Source of the DNA: Euglena gracilis
Lineage: Eukaryota
Direction of reading: 5' to 3'
Length of the DNA stretch: 64,000 nt
Assembly: GCA_039621445.1 (NCBI GenBank)
Contig: CP154954.1
Location: 18,772,642-18,836,641, forward strand
Shown here: positions 26,101 to 39,600 of the stretch, piece after piece
Layout: each line of letters begins with the position of its first letter
Numbering within the stretch: position 1 is the first letter of the stretch
Notes under the pieces: model-generated
Seen by the model: the letters and a program-made list of their open reading frames with translations, nothing else
Database searches by the model: none
Told to the model about the DNA's origin: nothing
Program-made: the position numbers and the translations under genes

Positions 26101-29100
26101 AAATAAGCGCACTCTGGAGAGAGCCAACTCTGGACATTGTCCATCCAACCAAATCTCAAGAATGAGTTTTTCGACCTTTTTTGATTTTGGACCACGTGCA
26201 AAATCAACAACGTTTGGTTCGATGCCCAGGCAGCCCTTGGAGTGCCCTGGAAAATGGTGCCTTAAAATGCCTTAAAAAGCCTTAGAAGGCTTTAACACGC
26301 CTTGGAATGCCTGGAAGTTTTGAAAAAAAATACGGTAAAAAATAATGCCTGATAACCCCCCTCCTGCAGATGCCCCCCAAAAATAATCTAAACCCCCAAA
26401 TGGAGGGCACATACCAGGCTGCGATGCCAGGCGAACCAGTTGGGAGTCCGTAAATGCCCCACCAACAAATACCATAGAGGAGCCCAGGAAAGACAAGCAA
26501 GACGGAATGCAAGTCTGCAGAGGTGCGACCAGGGTGAAAAAAGTGCGGACCAACGAGACCGCCTTTTCGATGCACCTCATCACATACTATCGCCCTGGTA
26601 ATATGGGTAACTGCATTGGGGCTGAAAAGAAGCTAATTCAATTTCAAAAAAATATTTGGGTATTATTATTATTATTATTGGAGCCAAACCTTCTGGCACC
26701 CAATGCCAACATTTCAGAGACATTTTTTTGCACAGAAAAGGAAGCATGTATTTTGATTTAAATGCGAAGCCTTGGGGTATTGGTTTCATGGGATGGGTCC
26801 CGCGATGATGACAATTTTCAAGTTGGTCCAATTTTCTCTCTACCCTGAAAGCTTTGACCCCAACCTTCATAAATCCTGGAACGCCAATTGGATGCATGGA
26901 GGCCAGGGTTGGGGTTGTTGTTCAGTTTGGGGATGAGGTGAGGGTTTGGACTTCTGAAGGATTACCATCGGGACCGAATGGCCGCCCGAAATTGTTTCAC
27001 AGAATTTTTGGGGTATGTGCAGCCCATGGGGTGCAGCACGCCAAGTTGGATGACTGTTCGGCAGCTCCCAACTAAACCCCCCCCCAATTAGAAGCCCCCC
27101 CCCAAATAACAACCCCCCCCAAATAGAAGCCCCCCCCCCTCAGGTTTCCCGCCAAAAATCCAAATAACAGCCCCCCCCCCCCCCCCGGCGAAGCCGGGGG
27201 GAAATTTGACGAAAAAAATTCCGAAAAATGGTGAAAAACTCGAAAATTCTCCACGAAAAAAGGTCGACATTGGGAACAAAAGTGATATCTAGTATCCTTG
27301 AAACATGGCCTATCCACCCAAAAACTAAAATAAATGCGTCTTGCAATTTTTTAAACTTGGACCCCGTTCGATCCCGGATCGACCGCCGGCCGAAGTTTTT
27401 CCTTTAGACAAAGGGTACCCAATTAGAAGCCCCCCCCCCTCGGGTTTTCCGCAGAGTGACCGAATAGTAGCCCCGGGGGGCTTCTAATTGGGGGGGGGTT
27501 ATATGGCCCCCCCAGGGGGGGGGGCATGTAATTGGGAGAGGGGGGTCCAAAAAAAATTTTGTGTTATTGATGGAATAGGGTTAGGGTTAAGAGGTAGGAT
27601 TAGGGTTAGGCCTAACTTATAGCCTGAAGTTAGGCCGAATTCGTAACCCTAACCTTACTCCATCATTAACACAAAAAAAATTTTGGACCCCTCTCCCAAA
27701 TACATGGCCCCCTGGGGGGGGGGCCATGTGGTTGGGAGCTGCCAACTGTTCTTGGGGTGGGCACGCTGGTGGATTGCTACTCCACTCCCCAGTTGCAAAA
27801 GGCATGCACTGCTGTGCATTTCAGTCCATTTCCCTCTGGCAAGAATTAGGCAAGAATTTGAGGAAAACTATGACCATTTTTTTTGTCAGGATGTATGCTG
27901 ACCATTTATCCCTCAGGGTGGGTGTGCAGACTTCATTCCAGCATGCAGATTTTGTCTGGGACTGCAGCTCTTGAGGAAGAAATGATTCTGTTGACAAAGA
28001 AGCGTTCTGTTCAAAATGTTTTGTTTTGGTTTTGGAAGAATGTTTGCCCTCAAAAAACACCTGAAATCGTTTTATGAAAAACACAGTTGTGCGGACATGT
28101 ACTTTTTTCATGCATCATTCGACAAAGAGCGAAAATCTGGGGTCATGCAAGTGCCTATATTTTTTTTGATCGGGGCCATGGGGGGGAAACTTTGGACATA
28201 AGGGAGCGTGGTGTTCTGAAATAAAAAATATCATAGGCAACCTTCAACAACTTCCAGGGCATTCCTCAAATACCCTCCTGAATCCAGTGACCCATGCCAT
28301 GCCAGAAGCACACACGGGGGGGGAGGGCATAATTTTCTAGGTGTCTTTAAAAAACCTTAAAACCGTTTACAGCTAACGGCGCAAGAATTGGCCCGAGCTG
28401 GCAGGATATTTGGCCCTCCCCCTTATCATTTTGGCCCATGGGCTCAAATGATTTGGCCCGAAGCGGCAAATATTTTGGCCCCAGGTTGGCAATATATTTG
28501 GCCCCTGCAGCCCTAAAATTTGGCCCCATCCTGTATGGAGATAGTTTTTTATGTGGGGCCAAAATTTTTAATTCCAAGGGCCAAAATTCTAAGGCCGGGG
28601 GCCAAAATTCTAAGGGCGGGGGCCAAATATATTGCATAGCTGGGGCCAAAATTTAAATTTTGGGGGCCAAAATTCTAGGTCCCTGGGCCAAAATTGCCGC
28701 CAATTAGCTGTAAAACCTGTGGGGAAAAAATGCCCAAAAAATGCCTTCAAATACTTTGAAATGCCTTTAAAACCCTCAAAAAAATCATCCGGCAAAATTT
28801 TTCGTCTGACCGAGCAAAAATGAAATCACAAAATCTCGGCACAAACAAGCCAGAGTTAGAAAGGAAAATGATTTCTGGCATCCTGGAACATTGTTTGTCC
28901 ACCCAAACTCAAAAAAAAACATGGTTTTCGGCTTTTTGGGTTTTGACCCCTTTCTCGGAGGGCCCCTGTCCCCAGAAAAATGGAAATTTAAACAGCCTTT
29001 AAAAACATTAAATGTTCAAAAAAATATCTTTAAAAAACTTCACAAATTAAAAAAAAACTTTCACCTTAAAATCAATCGGGTGTCCACTCCCAATTTGGGG

Positions 29101-30584
29101 GGGGTCGATTTTTGGGTCCTTTGAGCCACAAATAGAGGAACCCCCCCTCTGGGGGCACCCACTGGACACAACCCTCCCCCTGGGGGTCACCAACAATTTT
29201 AAAAAGAACCTCTAGGCACTACAAAGGTGAAGAATCCTTATTGACCAGACATCAACATACCTCTCCAATAACATCCAAATGTAACTCAACATTATCTTCA
29301 ATCGCTGCCAGCATCACAATGAACAGTCGCCCAGCTTGATCTCCAAGGAGAAATCTGGAAAAGCAGCAAAAACATCGTGGAATAATTGGTACGGAATTAA
29401 TTACCACCATTTTCCATTTTCCGATGACTTCTGGTATTTTAGGCTCTTCCAGTGTGGTTGAAACCTCTTGAGGCATTGGGATGAGAATCATCACAGGCTT
29501 CTATTTAAGGGACACCCATGATCCCAGAAAAAACACCGATAGACTGAACCAGGTGAAACGGCAGATAAAACCCAGGCAGATAAAACCCCCCCAAAAAAGA
29601 CACAAAAAAACATGAACAAAGGCGCAAAAAAAAACACAACTAAACACAAAAAAAGCAAATTTGATTTGTGCATAAAAAAACATGCTTTTTTGTGAATTAA
29701 GCATGATTTTTGTGATTTTGGGGACACACTGATGCCAAAAAACATTCAATTTATCAGCCAAGAAAAATGTCAAATGTCAAAAAAACTGACAATTATTTTG
29801 CTTTTTGAGAAGAACTTGAATCAGAATTTTTCAACACAAAAAGGAAAAATCGAAAACCCCCCCGCTGAGACCCCACCTTGCATGATTCTTGACCTGCAGC
29901 CACAAATCGGTGGACCCCACTGGTGAGCACCCAGACCAATCCTCAGTGTAAGAAAATTTTGTCCCAGAACCAAAAACCAACAAAAAATATACAAAAACCC
30001 CGAAATATCTCTGCAAAACCAGGTCGACATTGGGGGAAAATAATACCTTGGACCATTGCCCGTCAACCCGAAACAGCACCAAAAAATCAAACAGCACTTT
30101 TCTCCGACTTTGCAAAAATTTTGACCCCCTGGACGGGCCTTGAATTGAAGACCGCCCATTCTGTCTGGGAAGCCACACCTCTGGTTGTCTATGCGGCACC
30201 ACGCCCGGATGACGGAGGTGCTGCAGCCCACCGCGGTGCGGCTGCAGATGGACTTGGTGTATGTCCCGCTGTGGTAAGTGAGCAGCTCCTCCCCGATGAT
30301 GAGCAGGCCTCCCAGAGGCGGCGGGACCTGCAACGAGATGGCCGCCGTGTGCTGCAGGCATGTGCATGTACTGCTTCCCAAATTTCCTGCTGTTTGGTTT
30401 TGGTCGTTTGTCTTTGGTTTGGCAAGACTGAATCTTTTTCACTGCGCACATCCGCCCTCTATAATAACAGCTTCTGTTGCGTTGTTGGATGCCAGAAAAT
30501 GCGCAATCTTGTGTTATTTTTGACTGCAATTTCGAGTGACTTGTTTTGTTGACTGCACAAAACGCCCTTAGAGGGATTGGGGGA

Positions 30585-30656
<72 letters not shown>

Positions 30657-33600
30657 TATTAAATATGTACATGTATCATATATGGCACAAAGTGGGGCCC
30701 CCATACCTGGGGTATGGGGGTGGTATGGGGTATGGGGTATGGGGTATGGGGTATGGGGTATGGGGTATGGGGTATGGGGTATGGGGAAAAAGGTGAGGTT
30801 TATTTTTTTGCCGGGGGGGGGTCCGGGGGGGGGGGGGGGAGCCCCCCCCGGGCACTCGAAAAGTCATACGTTGCGCGATTAGCTTGCAAAAGAGGTCCGT
30901 GATTAAGATGAGGTTTATTTTGGGGGTTATTGGGGTATGGGGTATGGGGTATGGGGTATGGGGTATGGGGTATGGGGTATGGGGTATGGGGTATGGGGTA
31001 TGTGGTATGGGGGTGATATGGGGGCCCACTTTGTGCCATGACTCACATATATTCCATCTGCGCTATTAAATATATACATATATTTCATCTGCGCTTAAAG
31101 ACCACACTGATCCCTGGGGGGTCGACCCCTATCTCCACCTTGGTGGATGGGGGGGTTTCCTGATTTCTGGCATGCTTGGATCCGGGGGGGGGGGGGCGAC
31201 TTGAAGCTCCCCCCAGGTACCAGGCCATTGCTTAAGGCAGGGCGGTCCTAACAGAAATAAAAAAAGAAAGAAAAAACTCTCCACTGTCCAGCACTCAAAA
31301 TACAGGAAAATGGTCAAGGAAATTTGGCATTTTTTTTGGCAAAAACAGTCAACTTTAGGGGGGGAAAAACTGATTCCTGGCCTCCTTGGACCAGTGCCCA
31401 TCCACCCTAAGCATCAGAAAATGTGATTTTCGCCTTTCTCATTTTTGACCCCATTCAAGTCCCAGTCCGGCCGCTGGTCGGCCCTTTGGCTGAAAGGGGG
31501 AGTCCTTAAGAAAATAAAAAAAAACACTCCTGTCCCTTGAGGACTGCCCTGGGTTAGGACCCCCCCCGGGAGGGGTCCAGAGGTTCCCCCTCCCGGGGGG
31601 GGGGGGGGCTAGGTTCCCCCCAACTGGGAAAAAAAATTCCTCCGGCGCTGCGCACCAAGTTGGAAATGAGGTTTTCAATGGTTTTTTGGCTGATTTTGTT
31701 CGCAAAAACCCAAAAATGCCAAAGATGGGGATTTTGGCTGGTTTTGGGGGTCCCAAATAATTTTCTGCGCTTCGCGATGGTCACTGGGAAAAGTTTTTCC
31801 ACCAGCCAGCCCTGCTAGCAGACCCCCCCCAGGGTCCACTAGGATTTCCACCAGCCAAATTTGGACAAGCTGCAGTCCAGTCCCCCGGGGGGAGGGTGTG
31901 CTGCGAACGAAAGGCCTGGCAGGTACCCCCGCAAAAAGGCAAAAAAAAGCCCAAATCCAGCTGGGTTGGAAGTTTTCAGCCAAAATAGGAGGTGACCCAA
32001 AGCCACCCCTATTTTTGCCTCCTTTTTTCAAAAAAAGTTCCAGTCCAGTCCAAACCTTATTTCAATGGACCCGGCTGGGAGTTGCTGGTTGGGAAAAAAG
32101 TGCTGGCTGGTTGGACCCAGGAATATTTTTTATTATTATTTTATTTTTAAGGCACCTGAAAAATATATTTAAAAACCTTGAAATTTTCGTTCTGCCCAGA
32201 TGCCCAGATGGCTCTTGAACCGCCTTAAAGATGGATGCCTTAAAAAATTCTTAAAATTCTCAATATGCCTCAAAAAACCTCAAAAAAAAAAACTCAAAAA
32301 AAACCCCCAAAAAACTTTAAAATTTTTGAAAATTTCGACTTGAAAAAATAACAATGCCTGGTGGGACCCTCCAGCTTAAGAAACCCTGTGTCAACCCCAC
32401 CTCCCAGGGGGTTGACTGCCTGGCTTTTTTGGAGTGACTGGCTGGTTGTTTTTTTGGCTCCTGGACCCCCTCCCTGTGAAAGCCAATATCACAAGAGAAT
32501 TTTTTCTCCTGGAGATGGCAAAAAGCAGAATTCTTCTCAAAAGTTTCCATACTTGTCCATTGCTAAACTTTGTTTCCTTATGTTTGGCGATTTTTCACTT
32601 TATTGCATATTTTTCCTACCATTTCAAAATTACATTTTCAGGCATTAAACCCGCCCCAAATAGTATCCCCCCAAATAATATTCCTCCCAAATAACATTCC
32701 TCAACTTCAGCCGCCCAAATAATACTCCCCCCCCCATTTTGCACAGAGCGCCACAGAAACAAAGGAGTTTTCCTGGGAGCTGGGACCGTATTTTTTGTGC
32801 AAGGCTTACATGAATTCCACCATGTTCAGATTGAAAACAGACCGGAAAATACCAAAAGGTGCAATTTGAGATGTCGTTTTGATGGTGTTCGACATGGAGA
32901 CAGTGCATTTCACAATCAAGATTTTACACCCGAAAACCCAGGGAAAAAATCGCCAAATAATCCCGCCCTGAGGGTGGACTTCGGCGCACCAAATGATATT
33001 CCCGACGGGTGGAATTATTTGGGAGGTTATTTGCATTTTTTTTGCCATTTTGGACTCATGTTCCTTCAAAAAATTCATTTTTCCTAAAAAAAATCAAAAA
33101 ATCTTTTTCCTTGAATGTCTTCATGAGAACCCACATATGTCTTTTCAACTGTGATGCAACCAAATGCGAAGCAGCCGTGAGAACAACAATGGCTTTTCTT
33201 TGACGATCAAATTTTCGTTGCACGGAATTTCCAAAAATAATTTAAACTCAAAGAATAAACCCCCCACCAAATTACAAACTTAATTATGCAAAAAAGCCAG
33301 TAATTAACCCCCCAGGTCACCAATCTTAAATAAATCTGGGGTTGGGACCCCCTCCCACCTGCCTCGATACCGAAGGGCTTCCCACACATCCCTGCGGTTT
33401 CTGGGATTCCCTTTCAGCCCTGGCCGGACCATGCAGCTTATCGTTTGGGCAAAACAAACCTCTCAATCATGCAAAAACGCAAATACAATCACGATTTGTA
33501 TTTGTCATCCCAACGGATCATCCCAACACATACCGGTATGAGCAGCGACGCGGTGTTTTCCACGTTGTGTTGCACAAATGGGTGATCCACCAGGTCTTTG

Positions 33601-36600
33601 TCAGCCACCATGATGTTGTAGGCCTTGACATGCCTGCAGGCAAATGTGAGGTGTGCAAAGGTGATGGAAATCAAAAATTTCCCATCATTCCTTTTCCCAT
33701 CATCTGTCCCCCCAAATGCCCTGAGTATGTTCGAGCTTCAGGGGTGATCTCGTGTCTCATAAAAGGAAGGGGGATATTCACATTTTTGGGCCGGGAAACC
33801 TAGATGCTTTTGGTTTAAAGCACAAAGGACAACAACTGTTTTTCCAAAGTAAGGCGTCCCATCATTATTTTCCCTTGGAACTGTTTCAATTGAATCACAT
33901 TTAGCCGTCAATTTCCCCTCATTCCCGTCAGTTTGATGTTACCGCGGGGTCCCATTCGCATTCGGAACATACATCTCTTTAAGGACCCCGGGGGGGGGTT
34001 GCTGGGCTAGGGCTAGAAATTTGGGCTGGCTAGAAATTTGGGCTGGCTAGCCCGCCCCCCCCCCCTGGGGGGGGGGGCTGGACCCCGGCTGGACCCGAAC
34101 CGGGGCGAGCTGGACTGAAATCGGAAAAATGCCCAAAAATGACCTGCAGAACACAGTTGAAAAAATGATGCATCTGAAACCCCCCCAAAATGCCCCAAAC
34201 GCCCCCAAAACCCCATTTTTGGCCACTTTTGAACACAGTTTTTCAAAAAATTTCGGCGCTTTGCGCCGAAAAATTTTTGGGCTGGACCCCCAAAAAGGGG
34301 CTGGCTAGCTAGAGTCTAAAAAGCTGGGTAAGGCTGCCTGCAACTCTCTTTTGGGACCGGTGCTGGGTTTTTGACTTGGTGACCAAGGGCGCATTCCGAA
34401 TCATACATCTCTCTGAGGTTTTGCGAACCCCCCCCGGGGGGGGGCGGCTGCAGCCAGCCCCGATTTGGGCCCAGCCCAGCCGCAGCAGCCCCCTCCCCCC
34501 CCCCGGGGGGGGGGTCCCTGGGGGACCACAAACCTGTGCTGCCTTTTTTCCGTTTTTTTACTTTCGGACCGCCCTGTCCTCCACAAAGTCCACACCCCCT
34601 TCTTCAGCATGGGCCGATCATGTGAATGTTCTGAGTTCATTGCCTTCGGGTTTGGCTTCAGGTGGCGCACCAGAGCACAAGAATAAGAGCTCAAGCTCAT
34701 CCCGGGGGGGGGTCCGGCCAGAAGCCTGTTTCCTGTTCCCAAATTTTCCTGCCTTAGAGCTGGGGGGAGGGGCAAAGCGAAGCCCTCTGGGTAACCTTTG
34801 TCACAATGTTGATGGTGTGATGTGATCCCCCGATTTGGGTTGGAAGTTGGGTTTTGTGGTGGCTGTATGCCCCTCGACGCGTTACAGCTAGCCCTCGGAA
34901 TTGGGGCTCCAGTTTGGCCGAAGTTAAGACCTTTTTGCCCCCAGACTTCTTTTCAAGACCCCCAAGCCCATCCACTCGGCCCAGTGCGGGACCCACCCCG
35001 ATTTTTGCCCATTTGGCGTGAGTTAAAACCAGCATTTTTTGAGATCCAAACTCTCTGAGGACACCATTGTTTATATATGACTATAGAAGCCACACCTGTT
35101 CCCTTTTGTGTCCTCGTACAGAAAGGCCACCGTGTTTGTGGACCAGGGGTCGGTTGAGGAGGAGGAGGACGCAGATGACGTGGCAGCAGGGTTCACAGCG
35201 GCCGGCTTTTCCAAGAAATGCAAAAAAAAACAACAAAACCAAAGGTCAGGGAGGGGATCAAAATCCATGGACGGTCCTGAAGGTTTAAAAAAAGAATCCT
35301 GTCCCATCTCATTCAACGCAAAATTCCACGTGGGACAGGATTTTCCCCCTTGTTTTCGGTAAAGACAGCCCTTTGAGGATCTCAGACCGAAGGGTTGGCC
35401 AAGGGCCGGTCCGGGGTCGAACAGGGTCAAATACTTATATTTATATACAATTAGAAAAATATATTTCTTTTTATACGCTATAAACAAATATACAACATTT
35501 AAAATTCGCGTTTTTTTAACCTGTTTGCAATGCGGACAAAAATACAACAAAATTATGGCAGACGAAAATTGCGGGGGAAAATACTACAAGAAACAAATTA
35601 TGGGAAATTTTTGATTTTGAAAAAACAACAACAAAAATTCAAATTTTTCGAGAAAGTGGTGGTAATTTCTTTCAGTTGAAATGAAGATTTTTTAAAGCAT
35701 GTCACTCAAAATCCCAGGGGGTGGTTAAAATGGACTTCTGGTGGTGTTTTTTGTGAGTTTTCAATTCACAAAAAAACCCCAAGAATTGACAACATTGCAC
35801 CTTGTCTATTTGTGCATGACCACCCTTGGGAGTGGCTCCCCCAAAGGGCATAGGGAAAATGCACTGGACAAGAATTTTGGGGGAAAACCGGGGTAATTTC
35901 CCATAATTTTTATCTCTTGTAATTTTTGTCTGTGCTGTATGGACGGGCGATGGTCAAAGATGCCAGAAATCACTTTCCCCCCCAAAGTTGACCCCCGTTT
36001 GCGCCAAAACGTGGCCATTCTTTTCCGCCCATGGTTCCTGTGTATTTTTGGACCGCCCTGCAGACCACCTTTCCACCCACCACCCTTAACTTCCCGGTCA
36101 GACTGCATTGTGAACCTAGCCAATTGCGTCAGTGTGTGTGCGCGTGTGTGTGTGTGTGTGTGTTGTGTACAATCCATCAAAGGTGGTGTGACTGCCATTT
36201 GTGCGGTTTACGCTTAATACCAAAAACAATTACCTTTCCATCACACCAGATTCTGCTTTTGAATCTCCAAAGCACAAAGACAGCCACAGTTCCCGACTCT
36301 GCAAGAAGCACATGTCAAAGAGCTTGTGCTCCTCCACCCGAAGGTTGAATGCGTCCTTGAGCTGACACTGCCCGGCACTGTTGGCGATGGGAATCACTTT
36401 GAGCAACCCCTGAAGTGGAAAGCAGTGGCATGGTCCACACCAAGAGCACTTCCGTTGCTTTTGCAATCTGAGCCCCCGAAAAAAGATGCCCTCCCGACAC
36501 ATTCAATTAAATAAAACACAAAAAAAAGGGAAATTGACTCGGCAAAAACATTTTGACATTGAAAAAAATGATTTCTAACATTCTTGGACAATCGCCACCC

Positions 36601-39600
36601 ACCCAAAACATCCAAAATGTGCTTTACAACTGATTGGCTACCCAGTACCCCCCCCCCGGGGGGTCCTTAAGCAGAAGCCTGATACTCCCCCTGACCCTGT
36701 TTTTAAAATCAAGTGCCAACCCTCCCCAAATCTGCCGCTGGTTCCCCTGCGCCACAGGCGCTTGTCAGCTTGCGAGCAGCGGAGCCGCTGTCTCTGACTT
36801 GCCGGGACCGGACGCGGGCTGGTGCGGGATCCACGGCGAATGTGAAGAGAATGGCGTTAAAGTTTCTTCCGCCGCCTTTGGCACGACGTCATCCCCCCCC
36901 CCAAGGAGGGGGAGGGGTTTGGCCAAAACCAGTCAGTCATTTTGGGGGGGAAAAAACAATTAGTCAGGCCTCCCCTGGGAGGGGTGGGGTTGGCCTGCGC
37001 GCCAAGGTGGAAATGAGGTTTTTAATAGGTTTTTGGCTGATTTTGTTCCAAAAATTCCCAAAAATGGCCAAAAACGGACATTTTTGGCCATTTTGGGGGT
37101 CCCAAAATTTTTTTTCCACTAGCTAGCCATGATAGCAGACCCCCCCCCCGGGGGGGGGGTCTGCTATAAATCCCAATAGCCAAATTTGGACTAGCTGCAG
37201 TCCAACCCCCGCCGGGGGGGGGGGGGTACTGCAATCCCTTAAGCAGAAGCCTGGGTAGGATTGGCCTGCCGAAAATTGGCCCTTTTTTTGGGGGACAAAG
37301 GTAGGGTGGAAGTTAGGTGACAAAGATTTAAAAAAATAACGCCGTCGACTGTGAAAGGTTGCCATGCATACGGCACGACATACCTCGTAGAGGTGCAAAG
37401 CAATCAAAGTGCCGGCTTCATTTATAAGCCCAATTCGAGGTATTTCAACTTTCCGCCCTGTGAGAAAGCAAACCAACTCCGGAGGTTAGTGCTGTTGTCC
37501 ACATTTGATGTTGGGTTAGGGTTAAGGTCAAGGGTGAGGTTTAAGGGTAGGGTTGGTGAACATGGGTGTTGCTCAATGACCCCCCCCTGTCTGCACTGTG
37601 GCTATTAGTTTGGTGCCTTTGAATGGCTAAGGGCAGGGAGCGCATGAAGCATCCTCGGACCCCGACACCCCGGACCTCATGATGCCATTGTCGTCCCCAA
37701 GTCTGGTGGAATCTCCCAATTGGCACGTTCGTTCCCCACATTTCAGTCAACTGTGATTTGTCCTTCAGTCTGCGTCTTGATGTGGATTTGGAGGACGACG
37801 ATTTGGACTTGTCTGAATCCGAAATGTGCTCACCCAACCGTCTGAAAAGGGGAGGTACAGGTTCATCAATTGCCCCATGGGCCTGGCGGGGCTGGGCTGC
37901 AGGGTCGGCCTGCTGCCGGGGGGGATGGGGCGCAGGAGCCCTGGGAGGACGACTTAGCCCCCGAGAATGTTGCCAACACAGAAGGGATTTTGTTATTTGA
38001 GGGGGAGGTGCGGGGGGGGGCGGACCCCCCCCCGCCTATGCCAAAGTGAGCCACAAAAATAACTTAGCCCCCGAGTATATTGCCAACACAGAAGAGATTT
38101 TGTTATTTGAGGCTCGGGTGGGGGTGGAGAGGGAGTTTTCTGCCCCTCGTAATGCAGAATGCTTGCATTTCTAAAAGATTTTCATGTAATCCCTGTTTCA
38201 TCATTGATTTTTTACCCCTCCGGACCCCCATCAAGGGCCCACCGACCCCCACCGACCAAAGATTTCCATCTGAGGGTGTTTATGTTGGTGTAAGGCACTT
38301 GTTTGGACCCATCCGGACCATTTCCAGGTGATTTGGGCCCGCCGCAGACCATTTTTATGACCACCGACCAGCCACCGACTAGTTTGCATAGGATTTTGTT
38401 CATCGGGGGGGGGGTTAAAAGTCGGCGGTTTTGACCCGTTAGTACATTAGAGTGGGTATTTCGCCAACTAGTCGGCCGACTACCCACTACCCCCTCCCAC
38501 CCCGTCTCGCCGACTGGCTACCGACCAATTAGTCGGCCGACTTATCGGCCGAATAATCGGCCGACTACCCACTAACCCCCCCCCCAGTCTACCGCCATGC
38601 GCCGCTCTTGTGGCCCAGAACCTGTTGGGGTGTTTTTGGGCCGGTTTTTTGTCAGAAAATTGATTTTTTCGAAAAATCTCGACAATGAAGCAAAATGAAA
38701 GAAAATTGCGTGGTGACCAAAAACGAAGCCCTTGAAATGCCCTATCCAACCACGCTTGACTTTCCCCCCAGCTCTTCGCCGAGCCTGAGGTACAGCTGTT
38801 TTTGGCCAATTTTTGGCCCATTTCTTCGGCCTGTTTTCAGTCAATAAAAATGGAATGAAATATTTGCCCAAAACCATGGGGGTGTACCCCCTGCAACCCC
38901 CCCCCCGCGACCCCCCCCCCGCGACCCGCACATGGAGGGTTTCCGCATCCTAGCAAGGGCCAAAAAAATGGCACCTTAGGAATTGTCACCCAAATTTGGA
39001 ATCAAAACTACCAAAAAATGTGTGATAAATTCCTAATTAGATCATTTTTTGGACCAAAAGTTCTAAAAATAGGTCATATGTGACGTTGTATGTGAGGTCA
39101 CATTGGTCACATATGACCCGGCCATAGTTGGCAGCTTGCTTTTTTTTTTGGACGCTATTGTTTTGTTTTTTTTCATTTTAACAATGTTTTTTTTTGAAAA
39201 AAAACAAAAAATGCCAACAAGGTTTTGTTTGAAAAATTTTTGAATGTATATTTTCAATCATTTTTGGCAAGTTTTGGGTCATTTTTGCCAAAAATTTCCT
39301 TACACAAAAAATGAAAAAAAAGTCATAAAGTTGCATTTTTTTTGCATTTTTGGATGTTTTTTTTGGCAATTTTTGAACTTAGTAGGATTTGAAGTATGCT
39401 TTTGGTATTTCACAACGAGTTTTTTTCAATGAAATTTTCCTTTTGTTTATTTTTGATGGTTTTTTTGGCGTTTTTTTTTCCAAAAAAAACACGTTGTTTT
39501 GGTTTTTTTAAAAAAAAACAAAAAAACACCAACTATGGACCCAGCAAAACTGCCACGTTCCCCCCGCGACCCTTGGACCCAAAAAAAAACCTGTTTTCCA

